A stretch of DNA of 57,143 nucleotides from an uncultured Candidatus Saccharibacteria bacterium (GCA_964473025.1 CAYYMZ010000003.1:1-57143), one strand, 5' to 3'. Shown: positions 42,309 to 51,058, counted from the stretch's first letter. The notes: generated from the letters alone by a model not told the origin. Translations and numbers: made by a program.

Positions 42309-45243
42309 TAACCTTCAAATAGAGCTTGCCGCGAGAGGTTTTAACCTCGAGCGGTTCTTCCATATCTTCCTTTAAATTAAATGTCTCAAGTGCTGCTTCT
42401 TTGGTTATAACACTTTTATTTTTTTCGACAAATTTATCCACCGCATCATTCTCTACGCGATAGAATGCCGTGACCATATCCCCCGGCTTTAAGAGCGCTT
42501 GCTTGCGCAACAGCTGCAATCCCCTGATCACTTCGCGCAAATCCCCTTTCTCCAAAAGATCCGCGTCAAGTTCCGTTTCGATAACAACCTTCAGTTCTCC
42601 ACCCTCAAGGCCGTCCGGTTTTTTAATATTTTTCTCCCCTACCTTCTCTTCGACGTTGAGCTCATCAAGAATCAATCCCTCGAGTTGATTGCCTTCATCT
42701 TTGAAATCGTAATTAAAATAAACAGATTTGAGCGGCTGTCTGACTCTGAGTGAATTTTTTGACCGCAATGAATGCCCCATCTCGACAATTTGGCGTAATT
42801 TGTCCATCCTCTCTTCAAGCTCAACGTCGATGAATTTTTCGTCAACCTTGGGCCAATCACTCAGATGAACACTGATCGGGTCTTTTTCATCTTTTAGTTT
42901 TTGCCAAATATATTCGGTTGTAAAGGGAATTATCGGAGCGGAAATCTGAGCCAACGTCTTCAAGGCGAAAGATAGGGTTTGCATTGCAGATAATTCCTGA
43001 TTTTGGAATCTGTCGCGCGAGCGCCTTAACCACCAGGTTGAGAAATCCTCAACAAAAGACCTTATCTCTCGCGTTGCCCGAACCGTATCGTAATTATCAA
43101 GAAAATTCGTAGTGTTTTTCACCGTATTTGAAAGGCGCGAAAGAAGCCACTTATCGAGCGAGGATAGTTGCGATAAGTTTAGCTTACGATCGTATTTTAT
43201 GTCTGAGTATATATCGTAGAAGTTTGTGATGTTATTAAATAAATTAATAACTTTATTATAAATCTCGCGTAAATCCTTCTCGTTAAAGAAAAGATTATCT
43301 GCCTGCATAACGACTGAGTTCATAAGATAAAAACGCAATGTATCGGCGCCGAAGCTATTGATAATATTCCATGGATCTGGGTAGTTTTGCTTGGATTTGG
43401 AAAGCTTTTCCCCGCTTTCACTTAAAATTGTGCCCGTGGTAACAACATTTAAATATGCCACATCGTCAAATAGGAGCGTTCCTATAACATGCATGTAGTA
43501 AAACCACGCTCGTGTTTGTGCTATATATTCTCCGATAAAATGGCCCGGAAATCTTTTTTCAAATGTTTCTTTATTCTCAAACGGATAGTGAAACTCGGCA
43601 AATGGCATCGAGGCAGACTCGACCCAACAATCAACGACTTCGGGAACCCTTGCCATGATAGATGAACACTCCGGGCATTTTAGTTTAATTTTATCGATAT
43701 ACGGTCTGTGAAGATCGATTTGGTCTGTTGTTTTTCCGCCATATACTTCGTCGTAATTTGTTGCTTTCTCCTTAAGTTCTGCGATCGAGCCGACGCATTC
43801 AACTTGTCCGCACTTAATGCACTTGAAAAACGGTAAGGCCGTAGCCCAATACCGGTTACGCGAGATATTCCAATCGGGTGCGGTTTGTAAGATATTTAAA
43901 AATCTTCCGTGTTTTAAATTGTCCGGATACCAGTTTATCTTCTCGTTTAGTTCAATTAAGCGATCTTTAATCTTCTGGATATCAATAAACCAAGCAGAGA
44001 TGGCATTGTAAATTAAGGGTGAATCACATCTCCAGCAAAACGGATATGAATGGGTAAATTTTTCTTTTTTGAAAATCAGTTTCCGATTCTCTAAATCTAA
44101 AACGATTTCCTCTTCCGCATCCTTAATGTATTTGCCCTGCAAAAACCCTGGTGCTTCTTTATTGTATTTAGCTGCCGAATCAAGCAGGGGAATTTGCGGA
44201 AGATCGAGGCTAAGCCCCAGAGCATAATCATCTTCGCCGTAAATGACAGCCGTGTGAACCACGCCGGTCCCCTCTTTGGTTGTTACAAAATCAGCCGTTG
44301 CTACATACCACGCCTTATTGCCAGAATTGGTAACTGCGGGAATTTCATATAACGGTTCGTAGAACATTCCGTCGAGATCCGAACCCTTAATGTCCTCGTG
44401 AATAATCTCTATTTCCTTACCTTTAAAAACTTTTTCAACGAGCTTTGAGGCGAGAATATATAATTCGGCAACGCCCATAATGCGAACGGCTGAGTAATCA
44501 ATATCCGCCCCTACCGCAAGCGCGACGTTTGCAGGCAAGGTCCACGGAGTTGTAGTCCACGCCAGCATATAGGCAGAATCTTTGGTTTCGTAATTTTTAA
44601 ACTTCTGATTTGGCTTTAGTTTAAACTTTATATAAACCGACTCCTCTTCGACATCCTTATAATTATTATCCATCGAGACCTCGGCATTTGAAACCGGTGT
44701 TTCGCACCTCGGACAATACATCAAAACCTTACGCCCCTCATAAATCAACCCTTTGTCCCAAACCTGTTTAAGCGCCCACCAGACACTTTCCATGTAGGTG
44801 GTATCCATCGTCTTATATGAGTTTTTAAATTCAACAAACCTTCCGATTCTGTCAACCATCTCCTGCCATTGGTCGGTGTAGTTTAAAACCATATCGCGGG
44901 CAGTCTGGTTAAATAGTTCAATCCCATTTTCTTCAATTTGCTTTTTGCCCGATATCCCAAGCTTCTTTTCAACCAAGGTCTCAACTGGTAGCCCATGACA
45001 ATCCCAACCCCAGCGACGGCGGACTCTTTTCCCTTTCATTGTGAAGTAGCGCGGATACAGATCTTTTAGAACTGAAGATAAAATATGTCCGTAGTGAGGC
45101 AGTCCGGTAGCAAAAGGAGGGCCGTCATAAAATACGTACGGAGCGTTTTTGGGACGCTCTTCAACTGATTTCTCAAAAATCCTCTCCTTCTTCCAAAATT
45201 TGAGAGTTTCTTCTTCCTGTTGTGCGTATTTATTTTTTTCCAT
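42283..45243 (-). CDS. ileS: Isoleucine--tRNA ligase
   Basis: PHYGH (HIGH) and KLSKS (KMSKS) motifs with a zinc-binding CPEC/CIKCG region. I moved the start to MEKNKYAQQ, because the track's extension runs into tRNA-Trp. Confidence 0.93.
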   Translation of the reverse strand: MEKNKYAQQEEETLKFWKKERIFEKSVEERPKNAPYVFYDGPPFATGLPHYGHILSSVLKDLYPRYFTMKGKRVRRRWGWDCHGLPVETLVEKKLGISGKKQIEENGIELFNQTARDMVLNYTDQWQEMVDRIGRFVEFKNSYKTMDTTYMESVWWALKQVWDKGLIYEGRKVLMYCPRCETPVSNAEVSMDNNYKDVEEESVYIKFKLKPNQKFKNYETKDSAYMLAWTTTPWTLPANVALAVGADIDYSAVRIMGVAELYILASKLVEKVFKGKEIEIIHEDIKGSDLDGMFYEPLYEIPAVTNSGNKAWYVATADFVTTKEGTGVVHTAVIYGEDDYALGLSLDLPQIPLLDSAAKYNKEAPGFLQGKYIKDAEEEIVLDLENRKLIFKKEKFTHSYPFCWRCDSPLIYNAISAWFIDIQKIKDRLIELNEKINWYPDNLKHGRFLNILQTAPDWNISRNRYWATALPFFKCIKCGQVECVGSIAELKEKATNYDEVYGGKTTDQIDLHRPYIDKIKLKCPECSSIMARVPEVVDCWVESASMPFAEFHYPFENKETFEKRFPGHFIGEYIAQTRAWFYYMHVIGTLLFDDVAYLNVVTTGTILSESGEKLSKSKQNYPDPWNIINSFGADTLRFYLMNSVVMQADNLFFNEKDLREIYNKVINLFNNITNFYDIYSDIKYDRKLNLSQLSSLDKWLLSRLSNTVKNTTNFLDNYDTVRATREIRSFVEDFSTWWLRRSRDRFQNQELSAMQTLSFALKTLAQISAPIIPFTTEYIWQKLKDEKDPISVHLSDWPKVDEKFIDVELEERMDKLRQIVEMGHSLRSKNSLRVRQPLKSVYFNYDFKDEGNQLEGLILDELNVEEKVGEKNIKKPDGLEGGELKVVIETELDADLLEKGDLREVIRGLQLLRKQALLKPGDMVTAFYRVENDAVDKFVEKNKSVITKEAALETFNLKEDMEEPLEVKTSRGKLYLKVSENSTNKN

Positions 45244-45275
45244 GGTTTGGCCGCCAACTCTTAACGCTGTAAATC

Positions 45276-45349
45276 TGGCAGGCCCTAGAGGAGTCGAACC
45301 TCTGACTGCGGTTTTGGAGACCGCCATTATACCGTTTAACCAAGGGCCT
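45276..45349 (-). tRNA. tRNA-Trp (anticodon CCA)
   Basis: Hand-folded cloverleaf: acceptor AGGCCCT/AGGGCCT, anticodon arm GCGGT-CTCCAAA-ACCGC, T arm AGAGG-TTCGACT-CCTCT. CCA is encoded. Confidence 0.9.
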
Positions 45350-45372
45350 TCGCCCGCCTGAGGCGGGAGATT

Positions 45373-45540
45373 TTACTTACTCTCTTTGTGAACGGTGTGT
45401 TTTCGGCAAGTGTCACAAAACTTTTTCAACTCAACTTTCTTGACCGGCTGAATGCTTGATCGCTCGGTGACATAATTTCTGTTACCGCAAACGGAGCATT
45501 CTAAAATTAAATTCTTGATCCTATTTCCTTTTTTCGCCAT
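45373..45540 (-). CDS. rpmG: Ribosomal protein bL33
   Basis: My own translation is MAKKGNRIKNLILECSVCGNRNYVTERSSIQPVKKVELKKFCDTCRKHTVHKESK. It has CxxC...CxxC and is below the ORF-track cutoff. Confidence 0.85.
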   Translation of the reverse strand: MAKKGNRIKNLILECSVCGNRNYVTERSSIQPVKKVELKKFCDTCRKHTVHKESK

Positions 45541-45541
45541 A

Positions 45542-45781
45542 TTACCTCTTTCCGGTTAATGCAAATCTTAAAGCAATTGATATTGTGCCGGCAATGAGAC
45601 TTACAGCGCCGACAATAATTAAAAAATAACCAACAAACGTATGCGAACCCATACTTGCATCCGCACTCGCCAGAAAATCGGGGTTTGAAACTTCTGTAAA
45701 TGAAATTATTCCTATTACCAGAAGCGGTATGCTTAACATGTATGATGTAAAAAATCTTTTCATTTCGTCATTTCTCCTCAA
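45542..45781 (-). CDS. Small membrane protein (2 TM)
   Basis: 79-aa ORF with two hydrophobic helices. Confidence 0.55.
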   Translation of the reverse strand: MRRNDEMKRFFTSYMLSIPLLVIGIISFTEVSNPDFLASADASMGSHTFVGYFLIIVGAVSLIAGTISIALRFALTGKR

Positions 45782-45824
45782 TGAAGGCTTATTATTTTTA
45801 TTAGTTTACATCGAGCTTGCGAGA

Positions 45825-46130
45825 TGGAGCCCATGAGCGGATTCGGACCGCTGACCCCCCACCATTTCCTTACTGCAAAACGAACCACGTTCTGTTATTG
45901 CAGTGCGTCGGGTAGCGGGGCAGGCCTACTCCTTTTAATTGGAGCCGTTGACCGGATTCGGACCGGTGACCTATTCCTTACCATGGAATTGCTCTACCAG
46001 CTGAGCTACAACGGCAATTTTTGTTTTTTAAGTTGCTCCCTGCCCCGTATTAAACTGCTTCTGTCAATCGGAAGTGGATTCCGATGACAGAAAGGTTTTA
46101 CTACTGGGGTACCAGCTGAGCTACATGGGC
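45825..46130 (-). pseudogene. tRNA-Thr-like shell B: 5' acceptor and D-loop, plus 3' anticodon-stem remnant, T arm, acceptor and CCA, separated by ~240 nt that contain tRNA-Thr(GGU)
   Basis: The 5' part is GCCCATG-TA-GCTC-AGCTGGTA (46130-46110). The 3' part is ...GTAAGGAAATGGTGGGGGGTC-AGCGG-TCCGAAT-CCGCT-CATGGGC-T-CCA (about 45871-45825). The acceptor strands are perfectly complementary. There is no GAGC D-stem strand and no 5' anticodon-stem strand. Confidence 0.5.
45940..46015 (-). tRNA. tRNA-Thr (anticodon GGT)
   Basis: Acceptor GCCGTTG/CAACGGC, D arm GCTC/GAGC, anticodon arm ATTCC-ATGGTAA-GGAAT, T arm ACCGG-TCCGAAT-CCGGT. CCA is encoded. The T-loop has C at position 55. Confidence 0.9.
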
Positions 46131-46185
46131 CCTTCGCTTAAACTCAGGGTAAACAACTCGGTTTACACTGAACCCGTTAGGGTGA

Positions 46186-46272
46186 TGGTGCCGAGTGAAG
46201 GATTCGAACCTCCGAAGCCACGAGGGCGCGTGATTTACAGTCACGAGCAATTGACCACTCTGCCAACTCGGC
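46186..46272 (-). tRNA. tRNA-Tyr (anticodon GTA), long variable arm
   Basis: Acceptor GCCGAGT/ACTCGGC, anticodon arm CGTGA-CTGTAAA-TCACG, a 15-nt variable arm, T arm GGAGG-TTCGAAT-CCTTC. CCA is encoded. Confidence 0.9.
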
Positions 46273-46303
46273 AAGATTTCAAATTGTAAACTAACTACCT
46301 TTC

Positions 46304-46470
46304 TGGAGCCGATAGTCAGATTCGTGCCTCACGACCTACTGTTTATCCCGCACCCTTGGAGCCAACAGAGGGATTCGAACCCACGACCTACTGTTTACAA
46401 AACAGTTGCTCTACCACTGAGCTATGTTGGCGCTCAAGGGTGCGGGACTCTACAGATGAGCTATATCGGC
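46304..46470 (-). pseudogene. tRNA-Thr-like shell C: decayed tRNA-Thr(UGU) paralog split by a cassette that contains the intact tRNA-Thr(TGT)
   Basis: The 5' part is GCCGATA-TA-GCTC-ATCTGTA-GAGT (46470-46447). The 3' part is ATAA-ACAGT-AGGTC-GTGAG-GCACGAAT-CTGAC-TATCGGC-T-CCA (46346-46304). The acceptor strands are complementary and the T arm is degenerate. Confidence 0.5.
46357..46431 (-). tRNA. tRNA-Thr (anticodon TGT)
   Basis: Acceptor GCCAACA/TGTTGGC, D arm GCTC/GAGC, anticodon arm ACTGT-TTTGTAA-ACAGT, T arm GTGGG-TTCGAAT-CCCTC (one U-U mismatch). CCA is encoded. Flanked by a 10-bp inverted repeat at 46347-46356 / 46437-46446. Confidence 0.88.
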
Positions 46471-46669
46471 AAGAGGTAGAATCAACCTTAACACTATAGG
46501 AATTTTACCAGAAATATCCGATATTCTCAACCCGGTACTAGAAAATCGACAGCCTACGGCTCATTTAGAATAATTTATAGTTTATTGGCAATATAAAAAA
46601 CTGCTTTTAAAAGTTTTTATTTGTATAAAATAAGTCGATTTTTCAGTAACCGGGTTAACCCCAAAAGAT

Positions 46670-47212
46670 TTAAAACGGTTTTGACTTGAGTTCATCAACC
46701 CAGCGGCGATATTTTCTGTTTCGACTCTCGTATTTTAGTGCTTTTTTAGCATTGGCAAGTCCGCTCTTTTTATCCCCCTCGGCGTTATAAACAAAAGAGA
46801 GGTTGAAATAACGGCTGGCAACCGAGGGATTTATTTTAATCGATTCTTCAAACGCCTCCCTGGCATCGGAATAATTTTTCTGCTTTATGTATATTATTCC
46901 TAGCCGTGCATAGATTTTGTCATTGCGGGGGTCTGTTTTAATTGCTTCCAAATACCATTTTTCCGCACTGATAAACTGTCTTTTTCGAAAAAGGTCTTCG
47001 GCTTTTTTCAAATTTGGGTCAGTATTTTGCTGGATTTCGATCTCGGCATCATCCTGTTTTTTTCTCTTTAACAGTGATAAAAGCTTTTCGGTATCAAGAT
47101 GAGTTCTTTCCTCAACCGGTATCCCTACAATGCCGACATAATAAGCCCTTCTCCATACAACGCCAAATACAATCAGTAGTAATCCTAAAATAATGATTGG
47201 GTAAATTATCAT
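46670..47212 (-). CDS. Membrane-anchored TPR-repeat protein
   Basis: TM helix IIYPIIILGLLLIVFGVVW followed by TPR-like repeats (AEKWYLEAIKTDPRN..., YSDAREAFEESIKINP...). The start was chosen at the ATGA overlap with holB. Confidence 0.75.
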   Translation of the reverse strand: MIIYPIIILGLLLIVFGVVWRRAYYVGIVGIPVEERTHLDTEKLLSLLKRKKQDDAEIEIQQNTDPNLKKAEDLFRKRQFISAEKWYLEAIKTDPRNDKIYARLGIIYIKQKNYSDAREAFEESIKINPSVASRYFNLSFVYNAEGDKKSGLANAKKALKYESRNRKYRRWVDELKSKPF

Positions 47213-47877
47213 TTTTCCCTGCTTGCCTTCCACCAGATAAATATTTGCTCTAACGCGAGCTTCCTGTTCACGTTCGTGCAAGCAAATCTTATCAGGTTCA
47301 AAGAAAGTTTTTTATAAAGCTCGGTCTCGTCTTTATTTAACCCTCTATTTTTCATTTCATCAAGGGTCGACTTAATGGCTTGAGGAATTTCACCATTATC
47401 CGTTTCGCTTAATTTATGTAAAAATTCATTAAATTGCAATCTTTCAAAATATTTCAACAAGCTCAAGTCGTCTACAGAGCTTTCGGATGATATAAATACT
47501 TTTTGGCATCTTGATTTTATCGTCTCGAGAATCCGCGATAAGGTTTGGGCGAAAAGTATAATACGCCCGTAAGATGGTGGTTCTTCCAGCGTTTTAAGGA
47601 GTGTATTTGTCTGTTCGCGGTTAAGCTCGTCAACCGAATAAATTACAAAAATACGGCTCTCGCTACTGTGCGGTTTAAGGGATAAAAGATTGATTTTTTG
47701 GCGCAATTGTTTTACCCCCTCTTCTTCTGAAAAGGTGATAATATCGGGTGGCTGAATCTTCATATCGCAAACAAGCCGACCAATTAAATCATGCCAACCA
47801 TCAGGATTTGATGAAACGATAATAAGCGGCTGATTTGTCTTTTTAACCCTATCTAATATCTGATTTTGATTTGACAT
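47209..47877 (-). CDS. holB: DNA polymerase III delta-prime-like clamp-loader subunit (short)
   Basis: LKTLEEPP motif, followed by a sensor region (SRCQ). Confidence 0.7.
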   Translation of the reverse strand: MSNQNQILDRVKKTNQPLIIVSSNPDGWHDLIGRLVCDMKIQPPDIITFSEEEGVKQLRQKINLLSLKPHSSESRIFVIYSVDELNREQTNTLLKTLEEPPSYGRIILFAQTLSRILETIKSRCQKVFISSESSVDDLSLLKYFERLQFNEFLHKLSETDNGEIPQAIKSTLDEMKNRGLNKDETELYKKLSLNLIRFACTNVNRKLALEQIFIWWKASREK

Positions 47878-47916
47878 AGGCCCTCTATAACTCTAAAATC
47901 AGTTTAGGGAGAAGTA

Positions 47917-48231
47917 TTGGAAAACACAAGTTTTGAAGACAAGGTCCTTGTTTGCAAATCGTGCCAAAATGAGTTCGATTGGAGCGCTAAAGAGCAGGCT
48001 TATTATCTAAAAAGAGGGTTGCAAAAACAACCACAAAAATGTGCCGCCTGCAGACAAAAAGCAAACAAGCTTCGTGATTCGTCAATGTTTTACGTACATT
48101 GCGGCTTCTGCGAACAAGATGGGGCAATGTTAGCACCGCCCCCCAAAGATCAGGTTGCAATTTGCGAGAACTGCTACCAGGATTTATTGAAAAAAGGAAA
48201 TGACCTTAACTCACCTTCTGTGGCGAGCTAA
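47917..48231 (+). CDS. Zinc-ribbon protein (zf-trcl-like)
   Basis: CKSC...F.WSAKEQAYY...CAAC pattern. Has a TTG start and overlaps convergent rpmB by 26 nt. Confidence 0.6.
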   Translation: MENTSFEDKVLVCKSCQNEFDWSAKEQAYYLKRGLQKQPQKCAACRQKANKLRDSSMFYVHCGFCEQDGAMLAPPPKDQVAICENCYQDLLKKGNDLNSPSVAS

Positions 48232-48424
48232 GTTCACAGCCCTTTTTCTTGAGTGTTCTAAAACAGTTTTGGCAAAATCTTGCGCCAAATTTTGTTTGAA
48301 AATTAGGTTTGACCGTCCGCTTGGTTTTATGTTGTGAATTTGGCCGGTTCATGGATACACTATCTGCCTTACCACAAATTAAACATACCTCGCGCGACTT
48401 GTGTTTTTGTTGTATATTAGCCAT
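48206..48424 (-). CDS. rpmB: Ribosomal protein bL28
   Basis: VCLICGK...SQHKTKRTVKPNFQTK matches the L28 pattern (C.ICGK..G..VSHS..KTKR...PNLQ). Confidence 0.75.
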   Translation of the reverse strand: MANIQQKHKSREVCLICGKADSVSMNRPNSQHKTKRTVKPNFQTKFGARFCQNCFRTLKKKGCELSSPQKVS

Positions 48425-48479
48425 AATATTACCTTAAGCTTTAAAGATTCTAGCAAAAAATAATAAATAAATCAACAAT

Positions 48480-49100
48480 ATGGATTTAACCCTTACGGCT
48501 CTCGGCATCATCTTAATTTTTATTGGCTTTTTTATATGCCTTTCAGTTCACGAGGCCTCTCACGCCTTGATTGCCGATCGCCTGGGCGATCCGACCTCGA
48601 AGCATTCTGGGCGCCTCTCCTTAAATCCCCTAGCCCACATTGACCCTTTTGGAACGGTTATCCTACCCCTTCTGCTTATTCTAAGCGGCGCCCCCGTGTT
48701 TGGTTGGGCCAAACCGGTGATGGTAGACATCGGGAATTTTAAAAATCCTGCTCGTGATAATTTTCTAACAGCTCTTGCCGGCCCTGCCTCAAACTTCCTT
48801 TTTGCCCTCGTTTTAGCTTTCGCGCTAAGGTTTATCGCGATCAATTCTCTTCCCTATGCTTTAATTGCAAATCTGGTCATAATCAACATCGCCCTAGGCA
48901 TTTTCAACCTCGTGCCAATTCCGCCGCTCGACGGCAGTAAAGTATGGTACCTCCTGCTCCCGGATGAATCATATTTTGCCCTTGAAAGAATGGGGCCGAT
49001 TATATTAATTGCATTTATTATTTTCATAAACTTCTCTGGCGGATCGTTTTTCAACCTAATATCACAAACCGCAAACTCTCTAATACGGCTTTTTTCTTAA
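48480..49100 (+). CDS. Site-2 protease family (M50) membrane metalloprotease
   Basis: HEASHAL (HExxH) inside a TM helix, in a polytopic protein. Confidence 0.85.
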   Translation: MDLTLTALGIILIFIGFFICLSVHEASHALIADRLGDPTSKHSGRLSLNPLAHIDPFGTVILPLLLILSGAPVFGWAKPVMVDIGNFKNPARDNFLTALAGPASNFLFALVLAFALRFIAINSLPYALIANLVIINIALGIFNLVPIPPLDGSKVWYLLLPDESYFALERMGPIILIAFIIFINFSGGSFFNLISQTANSLIRLFS

Positions 49101-49360
49101 GGGTGTATAATAAAAGAGGTCCTGGTAAATGTGTGAAAATGTCTGAACATTTTAATTAAGGGAGGATCAAATTGATGTGGATTGTGGTCCATGTCTGCGT
49201 CCACCCACTTGGTATTTTCACAGACATTTCATATCCATCCAGGACTTTTAATTTAGAGCGTTTTAGAATATATTATTTCTGGCACTTTCTTTGTTGGGCC
49301 ATAGCGCAGCTTACCTCGCCAGAAAGTGGCAGGATGTAGCGCGCAAATCTTTGTTTCTGT

Positions 49361-49436
49361 CGGGGTATAGCTTAGTTGGTAAAGCGCCGGGCTGGGGGTC
49401 CGGAGACCGCCAGTTCAAGTCTGGCTACCCCGACCA
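49361..49436 (+). tRNA. tRNA-Pro (anticodon GGG)
   Basis: Acceptor CGGGGTA/TACCCCG, D arm GCTT/AAGC, anticodon arm CCGGG-CTGGGGG-TCCGG, T arm GCCAG-TTCAAGT-CTGGC. CCA is encoded. Confidence 0.9.
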
Positions 49437-50972
49437 TTCAAAACTTTGGTCTTTTTTTATAATATTGAACGCTCCGCTTCGGCGACTCCCGCCTGTGGCG
49501 GGATAAACTCCAGTCGCCGTCTCTTCGCTAATTTCCTTCTTGTATTTTCGCAAAATGGCATAAGGGGTTTTTAACTTCCATTCAATTCTTTTGTTGAAAA
49601 GTTGATGGTTCGTTCCGATTTTTTGCACAAACGATTTCATTTCATGATAATCGTTTGAAAAAGCAAGTTTTTCAGCTTGGTGGGCAGAAAATATCCACTC
49701 CCTCAGCGGTTCGATCCAATTGTTTCCTTTTCGTCCAAAATCAGATTTCTGTTGGCAGAGGTCTTTTTTTGTTTTTATCAACTCTCCTTTCTTTTTGAGG
49801 TAGGTTTCTTTTTCAATATCGTCGTCAAGAAAAGTATTGATAAGTTTGTCCAGCTTTTCGTCGGTAAATTTGATTTTCTCCTCCAGGTTCTGGGCGAAGA
49901 TATGCGAGGACGACTTAACTTCTTTTTCCCAGATTTCCACTTGAGCCAACATCTTTTCTTTCCAGTCTTCGCATAAAGCGACTTTTGATAATTCATTTTT
50001 CAATTGTTCAACAAGTTCAATTTCGGAAAGATATTTTTGCGAGCAAGCCCCGAGGCGTTTGGTGCAACGATAATATCTATATTTTCCTTTGGCGTATTGT
50101 GCTGTAATCATCGCACCGCACTCTTTGCAGTGAAAAAGACCAACAAAGGGAAAATCGTGATTTTTCTTTGAATGTCTCGGCCTTGCTCGCAAGGCAAGAA
50201 CTTGTTGAACTTTATCAAAAGTCGTCTTGGAAACAATTGCCGGAAAACTGCCTTCAAAACATTCACCATTATGTTCAATGATTCCAAGATAAGCCTTATT
50301 GGTAAGCATACGGACAATAACCGCTTTGCAAAGCAGTTTTCCGGTTCTGCTCACCAAGCCCCAAAAACTCAGGCGTTCACTGATTGAAGTCAAAGTGTGG
50401 TTTCCGTTCGCAAACTCCTCAAACGCTTTTTTGATAATTCGAGTTTTAGTTTCGTCCGGCTCAATATTACGAGTTTTTGGATTATTTATATAGCCAAACG
50501 GAGCATGAGAACACCATTCGCCTCGCCTGAGTTTTTGTCTAATCCCGCGCTTTACATTCTCGGACAAATTGTCGGAATAGTATTTAGATTGGCCAAAAGC
50601 AACTTGAAGCATAAACAATCCTTGTGGAGTTGGTTCAAACCAGAATGTAGGAAAGCGCAAAGAAGCAATCTTTTCGGTATCAATGCAATAAATTATTTGA
50701 CCACCGTCAACTGAGTTTCGGGCGAGACGATCAGGATGCCAAGCCAAAATTCCAACAGGTTCTTTGACGGCATATACCTTTTCCATCATTTGATTAAATA
50801 TCTCTCGCCCGGGTTTCTTTGCGCTTTTCGACTCGATGAAACGATCAACAATTTCAATCTTTTCTCGTTTTGCAAATTCTAGGAGCTCCACAAGTTGGGC
50901 TTCAATAGACATGATTTGACGCTCTTCATCTTCAGTTGATTTGCGAGCGTAGAGAAAATATTTAATTCCCAT
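49425..50972 (-). CDS. Large serine recombinase
   Basis: N-terminal resolvase-type catalytic region (YARKSTEDEERQIMSIEAQ), a recombinase domain, a zinc ribbon (CKECGAMI...YYRCTKRLGAC) and a coiled-coil region. The start was chosen at MGIKY, 5 nt after GGAGGG. The 3' end overlaps the tRNA-Pro 3' end. Confidence 0.88.
   Translation of the reverse strand: MGIKYFLYARKSTEDEERQIMSIEAQLVELLEFAKREKIEIVDRFIESKSAKKPGREIFNQMMEKVYAVKEPVGILAWHPDRLARNSVDGGQIIYCIDTEKIASLRFPTFWFEPTPQGLFMLQVAFGQSKYYSDNLSENVKRGIRQKLRRGEWCSHAPFGYINNPKTRNIEPDETKTRIIKKAFEEFANGNHTLTSISERLSFWGLVSRTGKLLCKAVIVRMLTNKAYLGIIEHNGECFEGSFPAIVSKTTFDKVQQVLALRARPRHSKKNHDFPFVGLFHCKECGAMITAQYAKGKYRYYRCTKRLGACSQKYLSEIELVEQLKNELSKVALCEDWKEKMLAQVEIWEKEVKSSSHIFAQNLEEKIKFTDEKLDKLINTFLDDDIEKETYLKKKGELIKTKKDLCQQKSDFGRKGNNWIEPLREWIFSAHQAEKLAFSNDYHEMKSFVQKIGTNHQLFNKRIEWKLKTPYAILRKYKKEISEETATGVYPATGGSRRSGAFNIIKKDQSFEWSG
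49431..49611. repeat. IR1-L, 181-bp arm (partner 51183-51364, inverted)
   Basis: Compared by eye segment by segment, the copies are identical except T7 (left) versus A8 (right). The arm contains the last 6 nt of tRNA-Pro and the last ~60 codons of the recombinase. Confidence 0.9.
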
Positions 50973-51058
50973 TTTACCCTCCATTGTTTATGCTTCTATT
51001 ATATACCGAACAAAGATAGAACAAAAGACATTTTTGCTTTTGGCCTAAAGCGCGGGAT

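Noticed and set aside
45825-46130. tmRNA (ssrA), suggested by a tRNA-like acceptor and T arm at the two ends with a large insert.
   Set aside because: The acceptor stem has no G3-U70 pair (GCCCATG/CATGGGC is fully Watson-Crick). No convincing tag reading frame ends in a typical degradation tag. The insert contains a complete ordinary tRNA-Thr.
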